A DNA stretch of 64,000 bases from a virus: the IMG/VR virus record IMGVR_UViG_3300043598_000012, positions 16,881-80,880 of that record. The stretch is one strand, 5' to 3'. This document shows positions 39,996-50,128 of this stretch, one piece after another. Positions within the stretch are counted from its first letter, which is position 1; every line of letters starts with the position of its first letter. The notes under the pieces are model-generated. The model saw only the letters and a list, made by a program, of their open reading frames with translations. It made no database searches and had not been told where the DNA came from. Made by a program: the position numbers and the translations under genes.

Positions 39996-40331
39996 ATGGA
40001 CGCTCTAGATCTCGCTTGGTTGGCTGGGCTGTTGGAGGGTGAGGGCTCCTTCGGACTCAAGAAGTACAAGAGGAAGCGTGGAGGAGAGCGTGGCTATCCC
40101 ATTGTCAAGGTCAAGATGACGGACAGGGATGTCGTCGAGCGTGCGGCTGTTCTCTTCGGAGACAGTGCGGTGCTCGTGTGTCCTCCTCCAGCCAACTATC
40201 CACACCACAAGGTCCAGTACAGGACAGAGGTGACTGGCTCTCGGGCTCGCCAGATGATGTGCGAGCTTCGACCTATGCTTGGGCTACGACGCCAAGCGCA
40301 AGTGGATACAGCTCTCAGCTGGCAGCACTAG
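39996..40331 (+). CDS. Single-motif LAGLIDADG homing endonuclease (leaderless)
   Basis: LAWLAGLLEGEGSF; TAGGAT-6 bp-ATG. Confidence 0.85.
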   Translation: MDALDLAWLAGLLEGEGSFGLKKYKRKRGGERGYPIVKVKMTDRDVVERAAVLFGDSAVLVCPPPANYPHHKVQYRTEVTGSRARQMMCELRPMLGLRRQAQVDTALSWQH

Positions 40332-40653
40332 AGCCACCGTCGCGTCCGGGCTCCGATGCTGCTAGGAGGAGCGAGGCCAGAACGTCCGGGACCTCGACTC
40401 GTAGGTCACGAGTGCCTCCTGCTCCAGTCAACCACACGGTGTTCTCGTGGACTGTCAGGCCTGCCTCCACGAGTAGCTGGAGCAGGGTGCGGTGTAGGTC
40501 GAGCTCCTCCCATGCCTCGCCCAACTCCTCCCAAGCCTCGTTGAGCATGCGGTCCTGCTCCAACCGAGGGGCCAGAGCCTCCTTGTCGAGACCCTGTAGT
40601 AGGTCTACGGGCGGGTGCTCGGAGGGTACATGGATGTGTAGGTGGAGGTCCAT
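40315..40653 (-). CDS. Hypothetical protein (leaderless)
   Basis: TACTAT-6 bp-ATG on the minus strand. Confidence 0.55.
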   Translation of the reverse strand: MDLHLHIHVPSEHPPVDLLQGLDKEALAPRLEQDRMLNEAWEELGEAWEELDLHRTLLQLLVEAGLTVHENTVWLTGAGGTRDLRVEVPDVLASLLLAASEPGRDGGSSAAS

Positions 40654-40689
40654 GCCACCATAGTACGGCACTCCAACTGAAGTGCGGGC

Positions 40690-41430
40690 GGTTCTAGAGG
40701 CAGACCCTCTACTACTCCAGCATGCTCTCACCTACAGGTCTATCTATAGGTGACAAGAGAGACCTACCATCTACCACATAGTCCCAGTACAACTGTCTCA
40801 CTTCGACCTTCGGTCCCACGATCCCAGGGTCCAATGACGATGAGAGTAGGTCTATCACTCTCCATGGATCTGTGGACATCTCCTTGTCACTAATAGGTCT
40901 ATCATTGTCATGCTACTCCACTCTATGCTGGGGTAGTAGAGCTCCCGCAAACAACCTATTGGTGACAAGCCTGCCCTTCTTTAACCTTAAACTAAAGGAC
41001 TCAGACTCCTTCACTCCAAGCAATAGACCTCTAGGCTTCTACTTCTACCCTTGAGTCTAAGAGGGCATCGTGACAACCCTCTACTTGGCGGTGATCCTCT
41101 AACCCAGTGAGGTGAGGTCTATCCATACACCTCTATGACTCTACCCTCTACTCTATATAGACTGATGATCATCATGACTCTATGTCTATCTACTGCTATG
41201 CTCCTACTCCTCGTCACTTCATGTAGGTCTATAGGCCTATCCTCTTGTCATCATGTAGGCCTATTGGACCCCGCCCCTCTTTATCCTTGCGATTTTTTGT
41301 CTACCTCTGATCCACCTCCCCAATCCCAATGTCACAGATAGAAGCATTCCACTCTTTCCACATAGCACGGCGCCATCTACGTCTACTAGACCAACTTCGG
41401 CTACACGCCGCCTGATTTCCATGACAGGTA
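40690..41430. other. Long A/T-richer non-coding region with iterated motifs (candidate origin or packaging/terminus region)
   Basis: AGGTCTAT x6 and TGACAA/TTGTCA x6, 16-bp inverted repeat, pyrimidine skew, flanked by divergent genes. Confidence 0.6.
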
Positions 41431-42812
41431 GCGTAAGATAGAGGGGGTACCAGCCAACCCACTTGGGAGACCCAATGGCATCACCCATGACCACACATCT
41501 AGTAGAGGAACTCGACCGTCTCACACGGGAGAACGGCACGGAGCATCCAAGCTGCCCCATCTGCAAGGGCAAGGTGGAGTTGACGCCCACGCATGCCATC
41601 GTCTGCGTAGATTACGGTTCTGATCACTACCGCTGGGAGCTACCTGCGGTTGAGGTGCGGGAGCCCAAGCCTTCAGGTGTCCATGGCAGGTAAGCACACA
41701 CCCCGAGACACGGGCAACCGAGGGCACATGACCCACACCCCCTTCCGGGCGTCGGTGCTACCTACGGTGCACCTAGAACAGCCGGGTACGTCCGCCAACG
41801 CAGACGCCTATGGGCGGCAGGCCATCCCGCTCCAGCGGACCCTGACGGTGTTCTGCTGGTGCTACTACCGGGAAGTGCCCGTGGCCCAGCGAGACGTCAA
41901 GGCGGGCCTCACGGGACCCTGCGAGCTGCTCTGGTGCTTGGAGACCGACCGCATCAAGCGTAACCAGTACGGGCCACCGGGACCCACGTCATGACTGCTT
42001 ACAACGGGATGTACCGCTGCCCTGGAGGCCAGAAGCCGCCTGCTAGGCGTCGAGGGTGGGCGGCGCAGTGCTCGGAGTGCGGACGCTGGGGAAAGACCTA
42101 TCCAAATGGCACGGTGGTCATGCACAAGCGGCGCCGAGCAACCAAACCGCCTTCGCCTGCGGCGTAGGATATGGTTATGGGAACCATCGAAGCGTTGGAA
42201 GAAGCGATCACCTACCTGGCGGACACGCACAACCTGTACCTGTGGCGTGTGAACGAGAGACTGGGTGGAGAACATGTGAAGGGTTGGGCCTTCGCTCGTC
42301 GGGGGCTCCGTAATGACTTCCAGGCCGACACCATCAGCGGCGCCGTGACCTTCAACCTGGAGAAGATTCGGGAGGACAACAGGCTGGCACAGAAGAAGAC
42401 TCAGGAGAGCTTGGAGACCACCATGTACACCTCCACCAGAGTCGGCGAGCTTCTCAGCAAGATTCGCACAGCGGAGTGACGGTTACCGTCAACATCCCTG
42501 GGCGAGCCTACCTGGCTTGCCTCGATCCCCTCGCTACTGGCGTACCCGAAGAAGAGGGGTGGCCGGAGCCCCGCATCATCAAGCGAGGTAGGCTGGAGTT
42601 CAGTGCTCGCTACGAACTCACCCGGTACCAGGCCTACCAGATGATGACGCACATGCGGGACTTCGGGGAGACGCTGGGCGGCGCAGGCGTCGACGATGAG
42701 CTGCGAGAGGGTCCTGCCTGCCTCAGGGGCGCCTATGCCCTGGCCAAGGCTCTCGGCCACGAGGACGAGCTCTACCCCGCCACTCGGCCACCTCGTGACG
42801 TAGGATAGGTCT

Positions 42813-42899
42813 GAAAGAGGGGCGAGTACTCTTGGTGAACCTCCGAGCCAGATGGGGACGATCTGGCCGCAAGGTCGACCGGCTCTGCTCGCCCCTCTT
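42813..42899 (+). ncRNA. Candidate structured small RNA B (about 87 nt)
   Basis: TAGGAT -10 at 42801 +6; AAGAGGGGCGAGTA pairs with TGCTCGCCCCTCTT (14 bp, 1 G-U); GCAA-loop hairpin inside. Confidence 0.65.
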
Positions 42900-42913
42900 C
42901 GTACCATGGGGGT

Positions 42914-43303
42914 ATGACACCCACACTTGGACGCATCGTGCTCTATCGGACGGACGGTCGCAACGGGCTGGTCTATGACCTCCCGGCGATCATCACCTGC
43001 ACGGCGGAGACCCACCCTGGCAACTACCCGGACGGCAGCACCAACCCGTTGCCGGTGCCCGGACGAGACGAGGTGCACCTGACGGTGTTCACTCCCGGAG
43101 GGTTCGGCACCAAGGTGGGACCGTGGCCTGACTCGGGACCTCGTCAGCCTGACACGGACGCCGACTTCAAAGATGCCACGCAGCTGGTTCCTGGGAGCGG
43201 CACCTACGTCGAGCTCTTGGTGCCCTACGCCTTCGGCGGTGAGGCAGCACAGAGAGGTGCCGACCTCCCGCATCGCACCTGGCGTTGGCCGGAGCGCGTC
43301 TGA
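42914..43303 (+). CDS. Hypothetical phage protein (leaderless)
   Basis: PTLGRIVLY...PAIIT...HLTVF...TWRWPERV; TACCAT-6 bp-ATG. Confidence 0.7.
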   Translation: MTPTLGRIVLYRTDGRNGLVYDLPAIITCTAETHPGNYPDGSTNPLPVPGRDEVHLTVFTPGGFGTKVGPWPDSGPRQPDTDADFKDATQLVPGSGTYVELLVPYAFGGEAAQRGADLPHRTWRWPERV

Positions 43304-44634
43304 TGGAAGACATCAGGGGCGTCGAGTTCACCACCTACATCCCGGCTGGCATCAAGAGCACCGAGGAAGCCGTAGCGCACCTTGCTCCACTGTTCTCGCC
43401 CGATGCGAGCGTCGTCATCGCTGCCATGGAGTACGACTACATCGGCGAGTACGGGCAGACAGCTCAGCATCCTGTCAAGCTGGAGGTGCGAGACCGAGCC
43501 TGGGTCACCCTCACCACGGAGCCTCCGCAGCCACGAGACCCTGGTCGGAAGACCTCAACGGGGACCTGATGGACCTCAACGAAGCTACTGAGCAAGAGCT
43601 GGTCAAGGCGCTCGCTCGCCTCAACCTTAATCGGGACACTTCAACCCGGTACGTCTACGACGGGCTTGGCCAGCGGTTCGAGATCGCTTACCTTTCCACA
43701 TACAGGACCGGCAAGCGGCAGTACACTTGCCTTGACGCTCCGTTCGATGGCTAACACACCCAGGAGCTCAGAGAGCGCCATCTACCTTGTGGTGCCCACT
43801 TGGTGGAGTTCTGTGATGGTTTGGCAGACACGCTGGAGCATCTGGCGCATCGACCAGAACCGCAAGGCCATCGCCAGGCATAGGAAGAGCCTCCAGGTCT
43901 ACGCCGAGCGTGCGAAGAGGTGGTTGTGATGGAGCGACCCACCAACGAGTACTTGGTCTTCGAGGAGCACGAGCCTGCTCAAGGAAAGAAGACCAAGACG
44001 GTTCATGTCAAGTCGGTTCGAGGCGCCTACTTGGGGATGATCATCTGGTACGGGGCCTGGCGGTGTTACACCTTCCAGCCAGCTCCCGTCACGGTGTTCA
44101 ACCACGGGTGTCTCAAGACGATCAACGAGTACATCGCTCAGCTGATGGATGAACGCCGGTGACATCTTGGTGGCATTGGGCGCTCTGGGGTCACGACCTC
44201 TTCTGGCCCTGGGAGTAGGATTCACTTCATGGGAGCGCCCTTCACACAAATGGACATGGCAGCCGCGAACGAGAGCTGTGGAGCCCCAGAGCCTGTGTTC
44301 GACGACTGCCCCGCTTGCAGGGGTCGAGTGGGGCTGCATTGCGCCGAGTGCAAGATTCAGGTCACCGGCTGCACTTGCACGGAGGCAGCCCGCTTCGACC
44401 CCCTCACAGCTTGGGAGGCCACCTGCCAGAGGTTGGGGGAGGACGAGGCGAGGAAGGCATACAAGTCGGCGGGCATCCCGATCCCCGGAGAGGGGCTGAT
44501 CCTTCCATGAGCCAGTATAAGAATCCACACAAGAGCGCGGTGCCGTGGGGACTTTGGGCGCTGGTGATCGTCATGTTGGCGGTCGTGTTCTGGAACGTCT
44601 ACCAGATGGCGGAGCACTGACGTACGATCCTCTC

Positions 44635-44756
44635 GGAAGGTCCTGGCTCGGCAGCATGGACCTTTCGGCAGTGCGGGGTACTGAGAGCGGGGCGGCTTGG
44701 GCTTGGTGTCAGAAACGGCTCCTCGGAGGCCTGAGTCGCCTCGCTCTTCGCTTTTC
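44635..44756 (+). ncRNA. Candidate structured small RNA C (about 120 nt)
   Basis: TACGAT -10 at 44623 +6; three consecutive hairpins, the last a 21-bp stem with 5 G-U pairs, then a T-rich tail. Confidence 0.6.
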
Positions 44757-44769
44757 GTAGCATAGGTGT

Positions 44770-45237
44770 ATGGCACACCCCCGCAACATGACGCAGACGG
44801 CGCCGTACCCCACAGAGCTCGCTGAGCTCGTGGAGGGCTTCCACTACCGTCCTGGCTGGCAATGTCGACTGCTCGACGACTTCGTGCGAGAGCGGGAGGA
44901 TCCTGCTGATGACAGCTCTCCGCCGCTGGTCTGGGGACTGACCCTCGACATCATCACTCGGGGCTACAACTCCTACCACCCTGAGCAGGGCCAGAACTAC
45001 GGGGTTCATCACTACATGATCGTGCCAGCGGCCACGTACAACCGTGAGTCATGGCAGAGGTGGCTCCTCAACCAGCACTTCCTCGTCGAGCAGCACGAGA
45101 CGTGCGAGTTCTTCGTGGTGAACGGTGAGCATCCGTTCGCGCCTAACCACGGTCCTGGCAACGACCCCTACAGGGTGGTCGAGTACGCTCCTGATGAGGA
45201 CCGGCGGACCTCGTTTCGAGGCGTCGTCAAGGACTAG
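44770..45237 (+). CDS. Hypothetical phage protein (leaderless)
   Basis: TAGCAT-6 bp-ATG; typical codon usage. Confidence 0.7.
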   Translation: MAHPRNMTQTAPYPTELAELVEGFHYRPGWQCRLLDDFVREREDPADDSSPPLVWGLTLDIITRGYNSYHPEQGQNYGVHHYMIVPAATYNRESWQRWLLNQHFLVEQHETCEFFVVNGEHPFAPNHGPGNDPYRVVEYAPDEDRRTSFRGVVKD

Positions 45238-46014
45238 ACGTGCCCAAGAGCTGCGAGGACTGCAACGGCAAGGGAGCTCGCTCGGCTGTCGCTGGGCACT
45301 GCTTCGACATCGACGGCGGGCTCTGGCATGGCCCAGGCGAGTGCCACAGCTGTGCCCCAAGTTGCTGCCCGCCTTGTCCCACCTGCGGCGGCAGAGGGAC
45401 CCTCTCGACGCCAGAAGAGCTCGCTCTGAGACTGGTAGAGGCCTTCTGGGGGGATGAGACCAACTGGATCGACTTGAATGGCACGTATTTGACACTAGAT
45501 GGCCAAATTGGGGGCGTTTCTGACGAAATTCGGGGTTTTATCAACGAAATGGACCAAAAGTGGCGAAATTCGCCACTAGGAGGCGGATAATGTGGAAAAT
45601 CTGCCATTTTGGCCATTTTTCGTCATTTTGGGGTGAAAAGTGACAGAAATCACATGCGGTGCCTGTGGGGGCACCGGAGAGATAGAAATGGCAAATCCTC
45701 CGTTGGATCCTGTCACTTGGGAGTGCAGGGAGTGTGATGGGATGGGGATTGACCCTAAATACACCCGTCGCATGGAAAAGCGCCAGGATCAGCTGTGAAT
45801 CTCCGCTGGGAGGGCTGGGTGCGCACCAGAAACGGCGCTATCACCTGCTATGTGCGGATCAAGGCTGAAGATGCCGTGGACGCCGTCCATCGAGCACAGG
45901 CATCTGCTCACCGCAAGCATGGCAACAAGCAGTACGGGCTCGACGACTTCGTCTGCATCGGGGTCTCGCTCCACGAGGGCGACCAGAACCTGATCGGCGA
46001 CGTACCATAACGTC

Positions 46015-46163
46015 GAGAGAGTGGCCGGTCATGTACCGTCTGCGTTGTGCTCACAAGACAGCGGACCAGCAAAGGCAAGCTCTGTCAGTACGTGGATGTC
46101 GTGCGGAAGCCCGACGTGATGCGGCCTTCAACTTGCGGGCTCTGAGCGTCCGGTCACTCTCTC
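46015..46163 (+). ncRNA. Candidate structured small RNA D (149 nt)
   Basis: TACCAT -10 at 46003 +6; GAGAGAGTGGCCGG pairs with CCGGTCACTCTCTC (14 bp, 1 G-U); multibranch interior. Confidence 0.65.
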
Positions 46164-46234
46164 GCCTAAGATGTTCTTGGAGCCGAGCTGGCCCGCCTCC
46201 GCGGCGACACCGAACGGCCCCTGCGGAGGGCGTC

Positions 46235-46561
46235 ATGAGCGACCAGACACCGGAACACGTTTGCGAAACAGTTCCGCCTACGGAGCGTGAGGAGCCGTTC
46301 CTCGTCGACCCCGGCTGGGTCGATATGCGGCTCGTCACAAACCTCCACGGCGACGATCACCGCATCCTGTTCTACGAGGACGGCACGGCCCGGTTCGAGC
46401 ACCGCTGCTGGCGGTGGGAAGACGAGTCGGTCATCTGTGCCCCGGTCCTGTTCGACCACCAGATCACCCGTGACCCGCTGGTCATCACCCCGTCGATCGA
46501 CTGCCCGGATTGCCGCCTGCACGGCCTCATCATCAACGGGAGGTGGCTCGATGCAGCCTGA
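46235..46561 (+). CDS. Small metal-binding protein (DUF6527-like)
   Basis: PLVITPSIDCPDCRLHGLIINGRW. Confidence 0.6.
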   Translation: MSDQTPEHVCETVPPTEREEPFLVDPGWVDMRLVTNLHGDDHRILFYEDGTARFEHRCWRWEDESVICAPVLFDHQITRDPLVITPSIDCPDCRLHGLIINGRWLDAA

Positions 46562-47768
46562 CGAGCGAACCGAACAAGTACCAGCGACGGAACGTAGGGA
46601 CGAGCCTGTCCGCATCCCGAAGGACAAGGCAGCGCGTGACCGCCTCGCCAACATGGCGGGGCTCACCGACGAGGAGCGAGCCGCTCTCGACGAGTGGTGC
46701 CGACAGCAGGCCATCGAGGACGACGCCCGCCGCCGCCGAGGGTTGGAAGCCCACGGGAACGACGTGATGGGCGGTGCCGACCGTGGCTGAACCCATGCCC
46801 ACCATCACCCCGCAGGACTGGGCCATCACCGAGGGCGTGACGTGCGTGTCCTGCCCGTCCTGCGCCTTCACCTTCGACGCCAGCCACACCGAGGTCGACA
46901 GCGGCCAAGGAGGGCCGTACGACTGCCCGCCTGCTTCGTCCAGCGGTCGCTCTACCTGCGCTGCTCCTTGTGCGGTCAGACCAAGTGGGCGAGCACTCCT
47001 GAGCGAGCCACCTACCTGCTGGCGTTCCACTTGAACCGCCGCCACAAGGGCTGGACGAAGGCTACGGAGGGTGACTCTTGACCGCGCGAAACCACCCTCG
47101 CGAGCAGTCGGCACCGCGGCTCTCCGGCGGGCCAGATTCGTCGGGGGGTGCGGACAGCAGCGGGTCCGCCCAGGGTCGAAGCGTGGGCCGCCCCCCGGCA
47201 CTCTCCGGCGGCAGGCCATGAGCGGCGACGGCTACACGATCCCACCCGATACCGTGATCGAGTACCTGCCGCACCAGGAGCAATGCGCCTGGTGCGGCGA
47301 GCGCGCAAACTGTGAGGACGACCCGAGCATCGGCATGGCCGTGCTCAATGGCCTCTGGCGACCCGCCCATGAGGGTGAGTGCACCGATGGGGTGAACAAC
47401 TGGCTCATGTACGGGGAGCACAAGCCGCCGTTCTACGTGGCGCTCTCCGGCGGGCCCGTTGGGGAGGCCGACCGTGGCTGACCTGACGCCAGCGATTCGG
47501 GAAGCGCTCGACGCTCTTGCCGATGGACGGCCCGCCGTCAGCGGCAGAGGTTCGACGCACCTCATGGATTCGCCGTACCGGGAGTCTCAGTGGTTCCTCA
47601 ACGCCAACGTGGCGGGTCGACTCGTGGACATGGGGCTCGCTGAGTACGACCGTTGTCCGACGTGCGGTCAGTGCAAGACCCACGGGAGTCCGATCGTGAT
47701 CACCACCGCTGATGGCCCGCCGATCCGCCGTCTGCCCCCAGCTCGGCTCCTCCGCGTACCATGAGCCT

Positions 47769-48065
47769 ATGCGCAAGCGTGTGACTCGGTTCGCCCGGAC
47801 CATCTGGCACATTGCCAAGCTCACCTTCAACTGGTGGAAGACGGAGGGTGGCATGGTTGGCAAGTTCATGGTTGCCTACCTGGCCTTCCAGGTGCTCACA
47901 TACGACTTGTGGGGCACTTGGTTCGCTCTGCTCTTCTCCGCTGTGCTGGCGCTAATGGATGACACGATTCGAGAGAACGAGCAGCTTCGTAAGGACAACA
48001 AGCGGCTGGCTCGGGCCGTGGCCCAGCGCACCGCCATCCCTCGTCTCCCCGGTCACATCGAATGA
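47769..48065 (+). CDS. Membrane protein with C-terminal coiled coil (leaderless)
   Basis: Two hydrophobic stretches; TACCAT-6 bp-ATG. Confidence 0.6.
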   Translation: MRKRVTRFARTIWHIAKLTFNWWKTEGGMVGKFMVAYLAFQVLTYDLWGTWFALLFSAVLALMDDTIRENEQLRKDNKRLARAVAQRTAIPRLPGHIE

Positions 48066-48332
48066 CCAAGGCAGACCAGATGACAGAGGCTCTCCGTCCC
48101 ATTGCTGAAGAGGGCAACCCCTACGCTGAGCTTGCTCTGGTTCGCATCTTGATGTCTGAAGACCCCGACGCTACGGTGGAGCAGATTCTCAAGGAGTGGG
48201 GAGTTCTCTTCCGCTACGTTGCTTCGGTATTTCGGGGGCTGAAGGAGTTCGTTGATGAGTGGCAGAAGGCAGACGGGGTCTTCGAGTGGGATAACGTAGA
48301 CGAGTGGGCCAATCAAGCCAAGGAGGCTTTGA

Positions 48333-48884
<552 letters not shown>

Positions 48885-48893
48885 GAGGCTGCT

Positions 48894-49124
48894 GTGCAAG
48901 TTTCTGTCAAAGAACAGAGCGACGGTGAGTTCACCGTCGTGTTCGATGGTGAAAACGGTGAGCCCTGGTTCAGGAGCACGGAGGGCTACACCCGTAGGTT
49001 CGATGCTCAGCGGTCTCTCAACGACTTCTTGACGCAGCTCGCCTACCCAGCCCAGATTACGGTTCGGCACTTGGATTCTGGTGGCGAGGAGATCGACTAC
49101 CTACACTCTGATGATGGAGTGTGA
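48894..49124 (+). CDS. YegP/DUF1508-like protein
   Basis: F.VVF...NGE...STEGYTRR.DA. Confidence 0.6.
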   Translation: MQVSVKEQSDGEFTVVFDGENGEPWFRSTEGYTRRFDAQRSLNDFLTQLAYPAQITVRHLDSGGEEIDYLHSDDGV

Positions 49125-49585
49125 GTTTTGTGGTGAGAAATACAATCCTGTAGCGACTCGATGGCGCTGCCCACACTGTGGCTGGAAATCTAACTGTTGC
49201 GAGGGGGCAGCTCAGCAGGGGGCTCTGATGGATCGGCCATACAACCGCCCTAAATATGACCTTTGCGTGTGCTCTTGTCGTCTGGAGTACCACGTGGGAT
49301 ACTGTGTGGTGTGCGGTGAGCAGGTTTGTCCAGTGTTCAGGAGAGCCAGCACCGAGAATTATCCACTGATTAAGGAGACCGGATGACCATCGAGGCTGTC
49401 AAGGATGAGGAACTGGAAACGTGGAGCGCCACCTGCGACAAGCGGGGTTGTGGTGGGTTCACCACCCGCAATCACGAGACCAAGAAGGCTGCCATCGAGA
49501 GGATCGAAGAGCACCAGCGGGAGCCCCATTTCGGTGAAGGCGAACAGAGCTCCGAGGAAGCCGAGTCTCAGGAGGTTGAAGACTG

Positions 49586-50122
49586 ATGGCCATCACCGCC
49601 GCTGACATCAAGTTCAAGTTTTCCGTTGTTGCCGCCGCAGGCAACACCACGGTAGGCACGGCTGCCGGAGCTCTTGGAGACCAGATCTCAACTACTGAGA
49701 TCCCTGATGCAACCCTGCACAACCTCTTCGACGTTGTCACGGGAGACGAGAACGCTGCGTCTGACGTCGAGTACCGATGCTTCTTTGTTCACAACGACCA
49801 TGCAACATTGACCTGGGTTGCTCCGGTTGTGTGGTTGTCTGCTGAGACGGCAGGCGGAGCTGTGGCGGCCATTGGTCTCGATCCTGCTGGAGTTACGGCC
49901 AAGGGGCTAGGCTCAGCGCAAGCAGCAACCATCGCCAATGAGGGGGCAGCTCCTGCTGGCGTTTCTTTCTCAGCGCCGACAACCAAGGCTGGTGGCCTAC
50001 AGATTGCTGACATTCCAGCAGGCTCGGTGGCGGCTATATGGGTGCGGCGATCAGCAGCCAACACGGGAGCTCTCGATCTGGACGGTGTGACCATCCGGGT
50101 TGAGGGCGACACAGCGGCATAA
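49586..50122 (+). CDS. Putative virion structural protein
   Basis: Ala/Gly/Thr-rich beta protein (NLFDVVTGDE...EYRC...AIWVRR); first gene of the fibre module. Confidence 0.6.
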   Translation: MAITAADIKFKFSVVAAAGNTTVGTAAGALGDQISTTEIPDATLHNLFDVVTGDENAASDVEYRCFFVHNDHATLTWVAPVVWLSAETAGGAVAAIGLDPAGVTAKGLGSAQAATIANEGAAPAGVSFSAPTTKAGGLQIADIPAGSVAAIWVRRSAANTGALDLDGVTIRVEGDTAA

Positions 50123-50128
50123 CCTCCC

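Noticed and set aside
44681-44737. Hammerhead ribozyme (CTGAGAG...GAAAC)
   Set aside because: Stems II and III do not form in the required register, and the 21-bp helix is a much better fold
47078-47221. Another structured RNA (GC-rich stems, CTCTCCGGCGG repeated)
   Set aside because: No -10 box was found; a mini-ORF coupled by TTGA/ATGA overlaps spans it exactly; very high GC makes chance stems likely
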